From Thermodesulfobacteriota bacterium (GTDB lineage: Bacteria > Desulfobacterota > Desulfobulbia > Desulfobulbales > BM004): DNA of 60,533 nucleotides. Below, piece by piece: positions 37,110-47,311 of the stretch; positions within the stretch are counted from its first letter, which is position 1; each line of letters starts with the position of its first letter. The position numbers were made by a program, and so were the translations under genes. The notes below the pieces were generated by a model that was not told where the DNA came from, made no database searches, and was given only the letters and a program-made list of their open reading frames with translations. The stretch lies in assembly GCA_042576125.1 (NCBI GenBank), contig JBHPCH010000002.1, positions 1 through 60,533 of the forward strand, given 5' to 3'.

Positions 37110-37829
37110 CTAGTCCATCTCTCTACCGAGATAAGCCCGCTGCACATCCCTGTTCTGCAGGAGGTCTTCAGCCGCCCCCTGAAGGATTATCTTGCCGGTC
37201 TCCAAAACATAACCCCGGTCGGCAATGGACAGTGCTGCCTTGGCATTCTGTTCCACCAGCAGAACTGTATTGCCCTCTTCCCGTAATCGTATAATAACCT
37301 GAAAAATACTTTTGACTATAAGTGGCGCCAGTCCGGTAGAGGGTTCATCCATCATGATAAGCGACGGTTTCGCCATCAGGGCCCGGCCCATGGCTAGCAT
37401 CTGCTGCTCCCCACCGGATAGTGTGCCGGCCAACTGGTTCTCCCGTTCTTTTAATACCGGAAACAGATCATAGACACGTTTTATTTCATCATCAAGATTG
37501 CTTCTGTCCCTTTTTTTCTGAACATATCCGCCCAGAAGCAGGTTTTCCTGGACCGTCATAGTAGAAAACACCTGCCTGCCTTCCGGGACCAGAGAACAGC
37601 CTGAAAAAACAATCTTCTCCGGAGAAATAGTACTCAAATTTTTATCATTAAAGAAAATCTCACCGGAGCCGACTTTTACCAGTCCGGTAATAGTGTGCAG
37701 CAGGGTGGTTTTGCCAGCGCCGTTTGCCCCTATAATCGTTACGATCTCGCCCGGGTCGACATGCATCGAGATGCGTTTCAATACACGCAGTTTTCCGTAA
37801 CCGGCTTCCAGGTTTCTAACCTTTAACAT
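37110..37829 (-). CDS. livF: branched-chain/hydrophobic amino acid ABC transporter ATP-binding protein LivF
   Basis: 239 aa with Walker A GANGAGKTT, LSGGEQQML and the C-terminal LGREM motif typical of LivF. Confidence 0.9.
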   Translation of the reverse strand: MLKVRNLEAGYGKLRVLKRISMHVDPGEIVTIIGANGAGKTTLLHTITGLVKVGSGEIFFNDKNLSTISPEKIVFSGCSLVPEGRQVFSTMTVQENLLLGGYVQKKRDRSNLDDEIKRVYDLFPVLKERENQLAGTLSGGEQQMLAMGRALMAKPSLIMMDEPSTGLAPLIVKSIFQVIIRLREEGNTVLLVEQNAKAALSIADRGYVLETGKIILQGAAEDLLQNRDVQRAYLGREMD

Positions 37830-37897
37830 TGTTTTTTTACAATTTGACGTGCTGTTTTATCTTTGTATTTGCAATTTTCAGTTTTCAATCTTCAATT

Positions 37898-38662
37898 TCA
37901 ATTATCCTCATCCCCCAAATAGATTCGGATTACTTCTTCGTTCTGCTGAATATTATGCGGCAGGTCCTCGGCAATTTTTTCACCAAAGCTTAATACCACA
38001 ATCTCGTCTGATATATCCATCACCAGAGACATATCATGTTCCACAAGCAGCACAGTTATGCCGCTATCCCTTATTTTTGATATAAGGCGCCCAATTTCGG
38101 CCGTTTCATAAATATTGAGGCCGGCTGCAGGTTCATCAAGCAGGAGAAGAGTCGGCTCCGTAGCAAGAGCCCTGGCAAACTCCACCCCGCGCTGCTGGCC
38201 GAATGAAAGGTTGCTTATCTCAATATCAGCACAGTCGGCCACGCCGAGAAGATTAAGATACTCCATACCCTTTTCTTTGGTTTTCTTTTCCTCAGACCAG
38301 GTCCAGGGCAAATTCAGCATTCCGGCCATAAAACCTGCCTTACTCCTGATATGCCTTCCCACCATGACATTTTCAAGGGCAGTCATGCCATGGAAAAGCT
38401 TTATATTCTGATATGTTCTCGAAAGGCCCAAGCCGGCAATCTGGTAAGGCTTATAGCCGTTGATTTTGGTGTTGTTGAAATAAATTGTGCCTGAATTGGC
38501 AGGCAGGTTGCCGGCAATCAGGTTAAAGAGCGTTGTCTTACCGGCACCGTTCGGCCCGATAACTGCCTTTATCATTCCCGGCTCCACTGCAAAGCTGACA
38601 CTGTTAACAGCATGCAGACCACCGAAATGCCGGTTTAGATTCTGTATTTCAAGAAGAGCCAC
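37898..38662 (-). CDS. livG: amino acid ABC transporter ATP-binding protein LivG
   Basis: 254 aa with GPNGAGKTT, LSFGQQRGVEFARAL and LLLDEPAAGL. Confidence 0.9.
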   Translation of the reverse strand: MALLEIQNLNRHFGGLHAVNSVSFAVEPGMIKAVIGPNGAGKTTLFNLIAGNLPANSGTIYFNNTKINGYKPYQIAGLGLSRTYQNIKLFHGMTALENVMVGRHIRSKAGFMAGMLNLPWTWSEEKKTKEKGMEYLNLLGVADCADIEISNLSFGQQRGVEFARALATEPTLLLLDEPAAGLNIYETAEIGRLISKIRDSGITVLLVEHDMSLVMDISDEIVVLSFGEKIAEDLPHNIQQNEEVIRIYLGDEDN

Positions 38663-38737
38663 TGATTATACGTCCCTGCAGGCTTCCCCGCCTTGAGTTG
38701 TTGCTAAAAACATGTTGATTCGATTTCTAAACTTCGT

Positions 38738-39832
38738 TCAATTTTCTATCGACTCTTCTTTATTCCGAACCATAAAGAGAGCAATCAATGACTTTATCCT
38801 CTGCCATGGGTTTATTTTTAATATTCCTTCCGGGGCGAAAAGCATGATAACAATCAGAATTACCCCGAAAACAGCATCATCATAGGACCCGAAAACTCCC
38901 CGTAACGAAAGAAAATTCAATACTATTCCCATGATAAGCGCGCCCCAGATATTTGCCATGCCGCCCACTGCAACTATGGCAACATACCGGACTGACTTCA
39001 TAACCCCGGCTTCAGAGGGCCCTATTCCACCATTGTAGTGGGTGACAAACACACCGGCAATAGCAGCGAAAACAGCGCTTAACACAAAAATATAGAGCTT
39101 GTAGCAGGCTGTATTAACCCCCATGGCATTGGCAGCCTCCTCCGCACCGTGGATTGAGCGCAATGCCCTGCCTACCCTTGAATGGATCAGATTCAGCAGC
39201 AAAATAACAGCGACAATAACCATACCCCAGGCAATATAATAATTTAACACCCGAGCGCCAAAACTGCCGCTCACTTCAATACCCGGGAACAATGTAAAGC
39301 CGGGGACCTCGGAAATGCCGTCAGCCTCTCCAAAATATGCACTGGCAAGAGCAATTCGGTAAATAATTATACCGAAACCAAGGGTTGCCATGGCAAGGTA
39401 ATGACCTTTCAGTTTTAAAATAGGTCCACCAATTACCAGGGCAATTATGCCGGCTGTTAAAACCGCAATAATACAAGCTACCCAAGGCTGAACCGTAAGG
39501 AGTGTATCTCCATAGAGACCAATGCTGTCAACCAGTAACCCAATCTTATCAAGCAATGATACCAGGCCGTGTTCTTTCAAAGGCAACAGATTATAGGTGG
39601 TAAGCGCTCCTGCAAGGTAGCCGCCAATGGCAAAAAAACCGGCATGCCCCAATGAAATCTGGCCGCCGTATCCCATAAGAACACAAAGACCGATAACCAC
39701 TACCGAGTAATAGGCAGACATGGTCAGCTGGGTAAGGTAATAGGTTGTTTCCGTAAAATGCGTCACAAGCTGAATGGACACCACAACAGCCAAGAGGAAC
39801 AATACCGGTATGTATCGTTTGAGCAAATCCAT
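38738..39832 (-). CDS. livM: amino acid ABC transporter permease LivM
   Basis: 364-aa polytopic protein with the LivM-like GQISLGHAGFFAIGGY motif. Confidence 0.85.
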   Translation of the reverse strand: MDLLKRYIPVLFLLAVVVSIQLVTHFTETTYYLTQLTMSAYYSVVVIGLCVLMGYGGQISLGHAGFFAIGGYLAGALTTYNLLPLKEHGLVSLLDKIGLLVDSIGLYGDTLLTVQPWVACIIAVLTAGIIALVIGGPILKLKGHYLAMATLGFGIIIYRIALASAYFGEADGISEVPGFTLFPGIEVSGSFGARVLNYYIAWGMVIVAVILLLNLIHSRVGRALRSIHGAEEAANAMGVNTACYKLYIFVLSAVFAAIAGVFVTHYNGGIGPSEAGVMKSVRYVAIVAVGGMANIWGALIMGIVLNFLSLRGVFGSYDDAVFGVILIVIMLFAPEGILKINPWQRIKSLIALFMVRNKEESIEN

Positions 39833-40722
39833 CAGAATTCCTTCAGGCTTGCCGCCTCACTGCTGCCGAACAGGCCATGCGGCCTGATAAACAGAATGAG
39901 GAGTAAAATGGATGTAGCTATGGCATCCTGAAAAGCCAGGGGCAACACTGAGACGGAAAAAGCCTCAATAATACCGAGCAATAAGCCAGCTGTAACTGCG
40001 GCCATGCTATTGCCAAGCCCGCCCAGGATAGCTACCGTAAAACCCTTGATTGCCAGGTTGGGGCCCATTGAATAATCAGAATAGGTAATGGGTGACATGA
40101 CACACCCTGCCACTGCCCCTATTCCTGCTGAAAGCACAAAAGACAGGGTGACCATATTTTTCGCATTTATACCGCACAATGTCGCTGCCCGACGATTAGC
40201 GGCACAAGCTCGCATCTCGCGCCCCAGAGAGGTGCATTTAAAAAAAAGGCTTAAGCCCGCAACCATAAACGAACAGACACCTATTACCCAGAGAACCTGA
40301 GGTGAGATACGTGCCCCTAAAATGGAAACAGATGTCACCTCATTACCGACAAAATAAGGCAGGGCCCGAACACCTTCGCCCCAGATATGCAGCGCCACTT
40401 CCCGGGCCAGTATGGAAATACCGATGGTGATGATTATCATCCGCAAAACTGACGGACTATCCAGCCAGCGGATAAAAATCATTTCGATAAGCGCCCCCAC
40501 AACCATGGTAATGAGCACGGCCACCACAATAGCAAGGGGAATCGGCATGAAAGAATGCATGGTGATGGCGATCATACCGCCAAGCATGACAAACTCACCC
40601 TGGGCAAAATTGATGATGCCCGTGGTGTTGTAGATGATGTTAAATCCGATAGCCACTATGGCATAGATAATGCCATAGGTTATACCGGCAAACAGATATT
40701 GCAGGAAAAGTTCAGGAGTCAT
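39832..40722 (-). CDS. livH: amino acid ABC transporter permease LivH
   Basis: 296 aa with the LivH-like GIINFAQGEFVMLG motif. Confidence 0.85.
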   Translation of the reverse strand: MTPELFLQYLFAGITYGIIYAIVAIGFNIIYNTTGIINFAQGEFVMLGGMIAITMHSFMPIPLAIVVAVLITMVVGALIEMIFIRWLDSPSVLRMIIITIGISILAREVALHIWGEGVRALPYFVGNEVTSVSILGARISPQVLWVIGVCSFMVAGLSLFFKCTSLGREMRACAANRRAATLCGINAKNMVTLSFVLSAGIGAVAGCVMSPITYSDYSMGPNLAIKGFTVAILGGLGNSMAAVTAGLLLGIIEAFSVSVLPLAFQDAIATSILLLILFIRPHGLFGSSEAASLKEF

Positions 40723-40748
40723 TCGCAGGTGGTGCTACATACAGGAAA

Positions 40749-40781
40749 AGGGGCGGAGAGATACTATGTTTCTCCGCCCCT
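40749..40781 (-). terminator. intra-operon hairpin (partial terminator/mRNA stabiliser) after the binding-protein gene
   Basis: Perfect 11-bp stem AGGGGCGGAGA / TCTCCGCCCCT with an 11-nt loop, followed on the minus strand by UUUUCC. It lies between the livK-like stop and the livH start. Confidence 0.5.
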
Positions 40782-40810
40782 GCTGTTAAATTATTTATTG
40801 GTACTTTATT

Positions 40811-41974
40811 TCACTTGTTATAAATGGCAAATTTACCGTCTTTTACCGTCAGCATCTCAAAAGAATTTATATCCAGGCCGTTATGATCCTCTGCTGAGAA
40901 GTTAAAAACTCCGGCAGTACCAGCAACTCCCTGCAGATTTTCAATGGCATCACGCACCTTATCTTTATCTGTTCCTGCCTTTTCAATGGCTGCAACAAGT
41001 ATTGTAAGTGCATCATAGGCATGACCGCCAAAGGTGGAAACCTGGTCATCATACTTGGCTTCATAATCATTTTTATACTTGATAAGCAATGCTTTCTGAG
41101 GATTAGAATCTGCTAGCTCTTCAGCAACCAGCAGCCGGCCTGCAGGAAAAATAATCCCCTCAGCTGCTGCTCCGCCGGCCTCAATATACTTGACATTGCC
41201 GAAGCCATGGCTCTGGAACAGCGGTACATCCCAGCCGGCCTGTCTCATATTTTTGGCCAGGATGCCCTGGGCCGGGACAATCGACCAGTTGACCACAGCC
41301 TGGATGTCCTTGTTGGCCATGAGCTTGGCAACGACAGCAGAAAGGTCTGTGGCCTTTTTGTCATAGACCTCTGCCATGAGAATCTCAATACCATACTCGG
41401 GAGCAATTTTTTCAAGCTGTCCTTTACCTGCTTTACCAAAGCCTGTATTTCCTGCCATTACCGCGATCTTGGTAATGCCCATATCTTTCATGGTTCCGTA
41501 AATTTTAGCAACAGCATGGCTGTCTTTCTGCGGTGTCTTGAAAACATATTTTGCAACCGGGTTAACTATTACTTCTGCTGCAGCGCAGGAAACAAGGGTC
41601 ATCTTGGCTTCCTCGACGATATTTTTGATCTTCATTGTTTCGCCGCTGGTGGAAGGTCCAATGATTGCAAAGACCTTATCTTCCTCAATAAGCTGCTTGG
41701 TAAAGGAGATAGCCTTTTCGGGATTGGCCCCTGAATCCTTGATGATCAGATCTATTTTATTGCCATTGACACCGCCCTTGGCATTGATCTCTTCAACCAT
41801 CATTTCCAGGGTCCTGGCCTCCGGGCCACCCAGAAACGATGCGCCACCGGTGACAGCCAGAATGGCTCCCACCTTGATGTTCTCGGCCTTGGCAGCTGAT
41901 ACTGGTGAAAAACCAGCTACCAGGCAAAACGAGATTACTACAGTTAGTACAGCATTTAATCCTCGCTTCATCAC
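40811..41974 (-). CDS. amino acid ABC transporter substrate-binding protein (LivJ/K family)
   Basis: 387 aa with a signal peptide and the IKVGAILAVTGGASFLG..., IGPSTSG pattern of the Leu/Ile/Val (or aromatic) binding-protein family. Confidence 0.85.
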   Translation of the reverse strand: MMKRGLNAVLTVVISFCLVAGFSPVSAAKAENIKVGAILAVTGGASFLGGPEARTLEMMVEEINAKGGVNGNKIDLIIKDSGANPEKAISFTKQLIEEDKVFAIIGPSTSGETMKIKNIVEEAKMTLVSCAAAEVIVNPVAKYVFKTPQKDSHAVAKIYGTMKDMGITKIAVMAGNTGFGKAGKGQLEKIAPEYGIEILMAEVYDKKATDLSAVVAKLMANKDIQAVVNWSIVPAQGILAKNMRQAGWDVPLFQSHGFGNVKYIEAGGAAAEGIIFPAGRLLVAEELADSNPQKALLIKYKNDYEAKYDDQVSTFGGHAYDALTILVAAIEKAGTDKDKVRDAIENLQGVAGTAGVFNFSAEDHNGLDINSFEMLTVKDGKFAIYNK

Positions 41975-42055
41975 GTTAAAACCTCCTTGTTCATTTTAGC
42001 TTACAGGAATATGGCTCTTTACAAGAGACCAATATCCCCCCCCATAGTATATAAT

Positions 42056-42487
42056 TTATATTGATCTGACTTCCTCACCCGTCAAAATCTTTATTCCACC
42101 ATTTTGTAATATTGTAATGGCAATATCCGGATCATCAAAACGGAAAATGAGAACAGCGTTTTCACTGCTCTTCTCAACAAATGCATACATATACTCTACA
42201 TTTATGCCTGCTGCATGCAGCACAGATAGTACCTTGGCGAGTCCCCCGGGCTTATCGGCAACCTCAACTGCAATCACTTCAGCTTTGCCGACTGTAAACC
42301 CTTCATCTTTCAAAACTTCTGTCGCCTTGTCTGTATCATCGACAATCAACCGCAGAATACCAAAATCAGCAGTATCTGCCACCGAAAGGGCTCGGATGTT
42401 GATATTGTTGTCACTTAGTGCCTTGGTAATCGCAGCCAAACGCCCGGATTTGTTCTCCAGAAATACGGCAAGTTGATCAACTTTCAT
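42056..42487 (-). CDS. tandem ACT domain protein
   Basis: 143 aa from the ATG at 42487 (GAGGTGG SD). Two ACT-like repeats ([14 protein letters not shown]..., [15 protein letters not shown]...). Confidence 0.75.
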   Translation of the reverse strand: MKVDQLAVFLENKSGRLAAITKALSDNNINIRALSVADTADFGILRLIVDDTDKATEVLKDEGFTVGKAEVIAVEVADKPGGLAKVLSVLHAAGINVEYMYAFVEKSSENAVLIFRFDDPDIAITILQNGGIKILTGEEVRSI

Positions 42488-42569
42488 ATTCCACCTCACT
42501 AAACTCGAATCACCGGTTGACAACACTGTTCAACATAAAGGCTCAATGCAAACAGTATTGTTTTAAATA

Positions 42570-43871
42570 CTATAAGTTACGATTGTCAATCACCCGTTTT
42601 GCTTTACCTTCACTTCTCTGAATGGTTTTAGGTTCAACCAGGGTGATCTTGCAGGTGGAACCGATCAAATCTTTTATCTCCGCCTGTATGCGCTTGCTTA
42701 ACTTCTCAAGGTTCTTCACTTCATCGGAAAAAAGCTGCTCACTCACCTCAACCTGCACTTCCATTGTATCCATTGAGCCTTCCCGGTTCACTATGATCTG
42801 ATAATGGGGCTCGACTCCTTCAATGCCCATGAGAACATGTTCCACCTGGGTGGGGAAAACATTTACGCCCCGTATGATCAGCATATCATCGGTGCGGCCG
42901 GTAATCTTTTCCATGCGCACAAAAGTTCTGCCGCAAACACAGGGTTCGCTTATGAGCCTGGTAAGATCCTTTGTCCGGTAACGGATAAGCGGGAAGGCCT
43001 GTTTTGTCAGAGTGGTGAAAACAAGCTCACCTTCCTCGCCCATGGGCAGCACTTCTCCTGTGTCAGGGTCAATAATTTCGGGCATAAAATGATCCTCAAA
43101 TATATGCAAGCCGTGCTGCGCCTCGATGCATTCCATGGATACCCCCGGGCCGATAATTTCACTCAACCCGTAAATATCAATGGCTTTCAGGCCCAACTTC
43201 TTTTCCACCTCTTCACGCATATTCTCACTCCATGGTTCTGCGCCGAAAATACCCACACGCAGCGAAAGCGAGGAGGCATCCACGCCCATGTCCGTCATGG
43301 TGTCGGCGATATTAAGGGCATAGGAAGGTGTGGCCAGAAGAACACTGGAACCGAAATCCTGCATGATCATAATCTGTCTCTTGGTCTGTCCGCCTGATAT
43401 CGGGACAACCGTAGCGCCAAGTTTCTCAGCTCCGTAATGGGCCCCAAGCCCTCCGGTAAATAACCCGTATCCATAAGCATTATGCACCACATCGCCTCGA
43501 TGGACGCCGCCGCACGCCAATGCCCGTGCCATGACTTCGGCCCAGGTTTCAATATCCCGTTTGGTGTAACCGACAACCGTCGGTTTTCCCGTGGTGCCGG
43601 ATGAGGCATGCACCCGGACAACCTGGTCCAAGGGCAAAGTAAAGAGGCCGAACGGATAATTATCCCGCAAAAAATCCTTGGTGGTAAAAGGCAGATTCTG
43701 TAGATCAGCCAGAGACTTTATATGCTCCGGTTTAATGCCGACCGCATCCATTTTTTCTCTGTAGGGTTTCACCCTGTAATAGCTGCGCTCCACCAGATCT
43801 TTCAACCTTTCAAGCTGTAAAATCTCCAATTGCTCCCTTGGCAGGGTTTCAAATTTCTCGTTCCAGATCAT
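42570..43871 (-). CDS. paaK: phenylacetate-CoA ligase family (PaaK-like), copy 2
   Basis: 433 aa from the ATG at 43871 (AGGAG SD). The longest ORF (to 43967) would overlap iorB. Motifs as in copy 1. Confidence 0.85.
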   Translation of the reverse strand: MIWNEKFETLPREQLEILQLERLKDLVERSYYRVKPYREKMDAVGIKPEHIKSLADLQNLPFTTKDFLRDNYPFGLFTLPLDQVVRVHASSGTTGKPTVVGYTKRDIETWAEVMARALACGGVHRGDVVHNAYGYGLFTGGLGAHYGAEKLGATVVPISGGQTKRQIMIMQDFGSSVLLATPSYALNIADTMTDMGVDASSLSLRVGIFGAEPWSENMREEVEKKLGLKAIDIYGLSEIIGPGVSMECIEAQHGLHIFEDHFMPEIIDPDTGEVLPMGEEGELVFTTLTKQAFPLIRYRTKDLTRLISEPCVCGRTFVRMEKITGRTDDMLIIRGVNVFPTQVEHVLMGIEGVEPHYQIIVNREGSMDTMEVQVEVSEQLFSDEVKNLEKLSKRIQAEIKDLIGSTCKITLVEPKTIQRSEGKAKRVIDNRNL

Positions 43872-43890
43872 TCCAGTCTCCTTAGCCTGT

Positions 43891-44475
43891 TTATGCTGCT
43901 GCCAACTTCCTGCCTTCCTGAAAGGCCTTGATATTGACATCCCTGAATTTTTCGGGAATCCGCTCATTCATAACATCCAGAAATACCTGCACATCTACAG
44001 GCAGATAAGTGGAAAGTACACCAACCATAACAATATTGACTGCCCGCACTTCTCCAACCCTGCCGGCAACTTCAAAAGCGTCGATCTCTTTGACATGAAT
44101 ATCATGGCCCGTCAGCTCGGCCAATACATTTTCAGGGTATTCCATCTTACCCGTGGCAATGGCTGGCGGGAAAATTTTATGGGTATTGACAATTACCTTG
44201 CTGTCAGAGTGCATGAATGGAAGATAACGCGCCGCCTCCATCATTTCAAAAGCAACAACTATATCCGCTTCACCCGGACTGATTAACGGTGAATAAACTT
44301 TACCGCCGTAGCGTAGATGCGCTGTAACCGAGCCACCACGCTGGGCCATACCGTGCACTTCGCTCTTCCTCACATCCATGCCGGAAGCAAGCAAACTGTA
44401 AGCAGTCACCTCACTGGCCAGCAGTATGCCCTGCCCGCCGACACCGCAAAAGAGAATATTACCCTGTTCACTCAT
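43891..44475 (-). CDS. iorB: indolepyruvate:ferredoxin oxidoreductase subunit beta
   Basis: 194 aa with [11 protein letters not shown]...[10 protein letters not shown] typical of IorB/gamma-type subunits. The start overlaps the iorA stop (TAATG). Confidence 0.85.
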   Translation of the reverse strand: MSEQGNILFCGVGGQGILLASEVTAYSLLASGMDVRKSEVHGMAQRGGSVTAHLRYGGKVYSPLISPGEADIVVAFEMMEAARYLPFMHSDSKVIVNTHKIFPPAIATGKMEYPENVLAELTGHDIHVKEIDAFEVAGRVGEVRAVNIVMVGVLSTYLPVDVQVFLDVMNERIPEKFRDVNIKAFQEGRKLAAA

Positions 44476-46304
44476 TACTTGTCCTCCTTTAAGGTGATTG
44501 CATCAAATTTACAAAGTTCCGCACACTGTCCACAGCCGTTACACAACTCAATACTGATCTCCGAGTATCCCTTCTGCTTCTCCTTGAAACCCAGTTTTTC
44601 CGCCTCTTCCGGAGTTACCGGCACCCAGTGGATAGCAGGACAGCCAAGCCCAAGACAAGCCTTACATCCGGTACAGTTCTCAATAGTCGTACAATAAGGC
44701 ACCTTTACCCGCTTCTTTTCCGAGGGAATCAAAACACATGGAGACCGGCTGATAACCACGGATGGTTCCGGACGATTAATTTCTTCTTTCAGCGCCTTTT
44801 TCGTTTCACCTATATTATGGGGATTAACCGTCACCACATGCTTGACGCCTATGGCTTTGCAGAGTTCTTCAAAATTGAGCATTTGTGCTGGTTCACCCTT
44901 AATGTTAGTCCCGGAAGAGGCGTTGGGCTGCTGGCCGGTCATAGCTGTTATACGGTTATCAACGATAATGACAGTGGAATAACTGTCATTGTAGACAATA
45001 TTGATAAGTCCGGTAATACCTGAATGCACAAAGGTGGAATCACCGATGATCGCAACTTCCTTGCCCATGCCGTCTTCCCCTAAAGCCTTGGCCATACCGT
45101 GTACAGCTGAAACCCCGGCACCCATGCAGACACATGAGTCCATGGAAGACAGGGGAGGCAGAAAACCCAGGGTGTAGCAACCGATATCACCGGCGACAAA
45201 TACCTTCTGCTTGGACAGTGCGTAAAAAAGGCCCCGGTGCGGACATCCCGGACACATATTCGGAGGCCGGGGCGGCAATGCAACCGGAGCAAACCTGGCA
45301 GAATCTTCGCCTGTAATTGCTTTTTTAATGATGGCAGGATTGAGTTCGCCTTCTGCCGGGATCAAATCCTTGCCGTGACAACGGATGCCCATAGCCTTGA
45401 TGTGCAGCTCCAGAAACGGATCAAGTTCCTCAACAATAAAGAGTTCATCCACCTGTTCGGCAAAGCTCCTGATCATCTTCTCCGGCAGGGGCCATACCAT
45501 ACCCAACTTCAAAACTGCAGCCTCAGGAAAGGCTTCTTTGACGTACAGGTAAGAAATACCGCTGGTGATGAAACCCCGTGTTCCGTCACCCCATTCGATG
45601 CGATTCTCAGGAAATGTCTCGGCAAATTCAGAGAGTTTTTTCATGCGTTCGGTGACAAACTTGCGCCTGTTTCTGGCATTGGCAGGCAGCATGACAAACT
45701 TGGCAGCATCCTTGACGATTTCAGGCTTTACGGACGAACCTGTCTTTTCACCGGGAGCAACCTGTCCTTTTACATGGGCTATACGGGTCGTTGTCCGCAC
45801 TATAACCGGGGTGTCATATCCCTCGCTTAACCAGTAGGCTGTCTTCAAAAATTCCTTTGCTTCTGCCGGATCACAGGGTTCCAGCATCGGGAGCTTGGCG
45901 GCAAAGGCATAATTGCGGTTGTCCTGTTCATTCTGAGAACTGTGCATCTCCGGATCATCAGCATTGATAATGACCAGACCTCCACGGATACCAGTATACG
46001 CTGAAGTGAAAAGCGGGTCTGCTGCCACATTCATTCCCACGTGTTTCATGGTAGCCAAAGCCCGTACACCGACAAAAGATGCTCCCAGGGCAACCTCCAA
46101 GCCCACTTTTTCATTGGGAGCCCATTCCGTATAAACGCCTTCATATTTTGAGAGATTTTCCATAATCTCCGTTGAGGGAGTTCCCGGGTATCCTGAAGCA
46201 ACTTTGACCCCTGCCTCATAGGCTCCGAGGGCCAGGGCTTCATTGCCTGAAAGCCAGAGCTTATCTGTAGTTTTTGTTGTCACGTTGTACCTCCTGTGAT
46301 TCAT
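44475..46304 (-). CDS. iorA: indolepyruvate:ferredoxin oxidoreductase subunit alpha
   Basis: 609 aa. N-terminal pyruvate-flavodoxin/ferredoxin-OR-like domain, TPP-binding GDIGCY...GDSTFVHSG, and two C-terminal 4Fe-4S motifs (CTGCKAC..., CNGCGQCAELC). Confidence 0.9.
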   Translation of the reverse strand: MNHRRYNVTTKTTDKLWLSGNEALALGAYEAGVKVASGYPGTPSTEIMENLSKYEGVYTEWAPNEKVGLEVALGASFVGVRALATMKHVGMNVAADPLFTSAYTGIRGGLVIINADDPEMHSSQNEQDNRNYAFAAKLPMLEPCDPAEAKEFLKTAYWLSEGYDTPVIVRTTTRIAHVKGQVAPGEKTGSSVKPEIVKDAAKFVMLPANARNRRKFVTERMKKLSEFAETFPENRIEWGDGTRGFITSGISYLYVKEAFPEAAVLKLGMVWPLPEKMIRSFAEQVDELFIVEELDPFLELHIKAMGIRCHGKDLIPAEGELNPAIIKKAITGEDSARFAPVALPPRPPNMCPGCPHRGLFYALSKQKVFVAGDIGCYTLGFLPPLSSMDSCVCMGAGVSAVHGMAKALGEDGMGKEVAIIGDSTFVHSGITGLINIVYNDSYSTVIIVDNRITAMTGQQPNASSGTNIKGEPAQMLNFEELCKAIGVKHVVTVNPHNIGETKKALKEEINRPEPSVVISRSPCVLIPSEKKRVKVPYCTTIENCTGCKACLGLGCPAIHWVPVTPEEAEKLGFKEKQKGYSEISIELCNGCGQCAELCKFDAITLKEDK

Positions 46305-46505
46305 AAAAAAAATGAAATCATACGCTACGATTTCATCAATCCTTCTTAAATGGTAAAGAATAACTAGGTGAAAATACCCAAAGCCCCTTGAATGGGCAAG
46401 TTTTTTTTATGGATATATAAGGAGATAATTCCGATTTTCATTAACTGCAATACATATTAAAATTCAGTTGAAGTTTGACAGGCAGTGGATTAATTAGGAC
46501 AGGTC

Positions 46506-46581
46506 GGGCGATTAACTCAGTGGTAAGAGTGCCACCTTCACACGGTGGAAGTCACAGGTTCGAATCCCGTATCGCCCACCA
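46506..46581 (+). tRNA. tRNA-Val (anticodon CAC), CCA encoded
   Basis: Hand-folded 76-nt cloverleaf: acceptor GGGCGAT/ATCGCCC, anticodon arm CCACC-TTCACAC-GGTGG, T loop TTCGAAT (one A-C mismatch in the T stem), discriminator A, then CCA. Confidence 0.85.
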
Positions 46582-46593
46582 TATGCTATCAAA

Positions 46594-46648
46594 GGGGTTG
46601 TGTTTTACCACGCAACCCCTTTTTTATTGGGGTTGCTTTGTTTTTTTT
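46594..46648 (+). terminator. two overlapping, mutually exclusive terminator hairpins after tRNA-Val
   Basis: GGGGTTGTG (46594-46602) pairs with CGCAACCCC (46611-46619) followed by TTTTTT. The same GCAACCCC (46612-46619) can instead pair with GGGGTTGC (46629-46636) followed by TTTGTTTTTTTT. Confidence 0.65.
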
Positions 46649-46746
46649 GCTTCAATCAGTTTGGAAAACAGAACTTTCAAACCTGCAAGCTACCTTTTGC
46701 CTGGAAGGAGGCAAATGGGGGACTTAAATATTCAAATATTTTTCCT

Positions 46747-47280
46747 CTACTCTCCTTCAAACTCAGTAAGCGAAAAAACATTGTATTTTTTCGCCTTGAG
46801 CTTTTTCTCACCTCCGACATCCGGAAGGTTAACAATAAATGCCATCTCTACAATATCAGCACCCAGTTTCCTTATGAGGTCTGCGGCTGCCATTGCCGTT
46901 CCGCCGGTGGCTAACAGATCGTCAACCAGGAGAATTTTTTCACCTTTTACCAAAGCATCTTTATGGATTTCAATTTTGTCGCTTCCGTACTCCAGGTCAT
47001 ATACCTGTTCCTCCACATCACTGGGAAGTTTGCCGGCTTTTCTGATAGGAATAAAGCCCTTGCCTAGGGTATACGCCAAAGCGCCGCCCATAATGAAGCC
47101 ACGGGCTTCAATGCCGACAATTGTATCAAATTGTATGTCTCCGGTTATATAACGTTGGGTAAGGCTGTCTATTACCAGACGAAAGCCGACCGGATCCTTA
47201 ATGAGCGTAGTGATATCCCGAAACATAATTCCTTTTTTGGGATAATCCGGTACTGTCCTGATACGTGATTTGATTGGCAT
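46747..47280 (-). CDS. apt: adenine phosphoribosyltransferase
   Basis: 177 aa with IRTVPDYPKKGIMFRDITTL and the PRPP loop LLVDDLLATGGT. Confidence 0.92.
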   Translation of the reverse strand: MPIKSRIRTVPDYPKKGIMFRDITTLIKDPVGFRLVIDSLTQRYITGDIQFDTIVGIEARGFIMGGALAYTLGKGFIPIRKAGKLPSDVEEQVYDLEYGSDKIEIHKDALVKGEKILLVDDLLATGGTAMAAADLIRKLGADIVEMAFIVNLPDVGGEKKLKAKKYNVFSLTEFEGE

Positions 47281-47311
47281 TCCTTCCTCCGTTGCGAAAA
47301 GTTATTACTTG

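Noticed and set aside
37861-37900. Short TTCAAT-type repeats (TTTTCAATCTTCAATTTCAATT) between livG and livF.
   Set aside because: There are only three irregular copies in a 68-nt spacer, with no matching pattern elsewhere. It is probably low-complexity AT-rich spacer.
46475-47152. 225-aa plus-strand ORF in the track.
   Set aside because: It runs through the tRNA-Val gene and its terminators, then lies antisense to the well-supported apt gene. This is a spurious frame.
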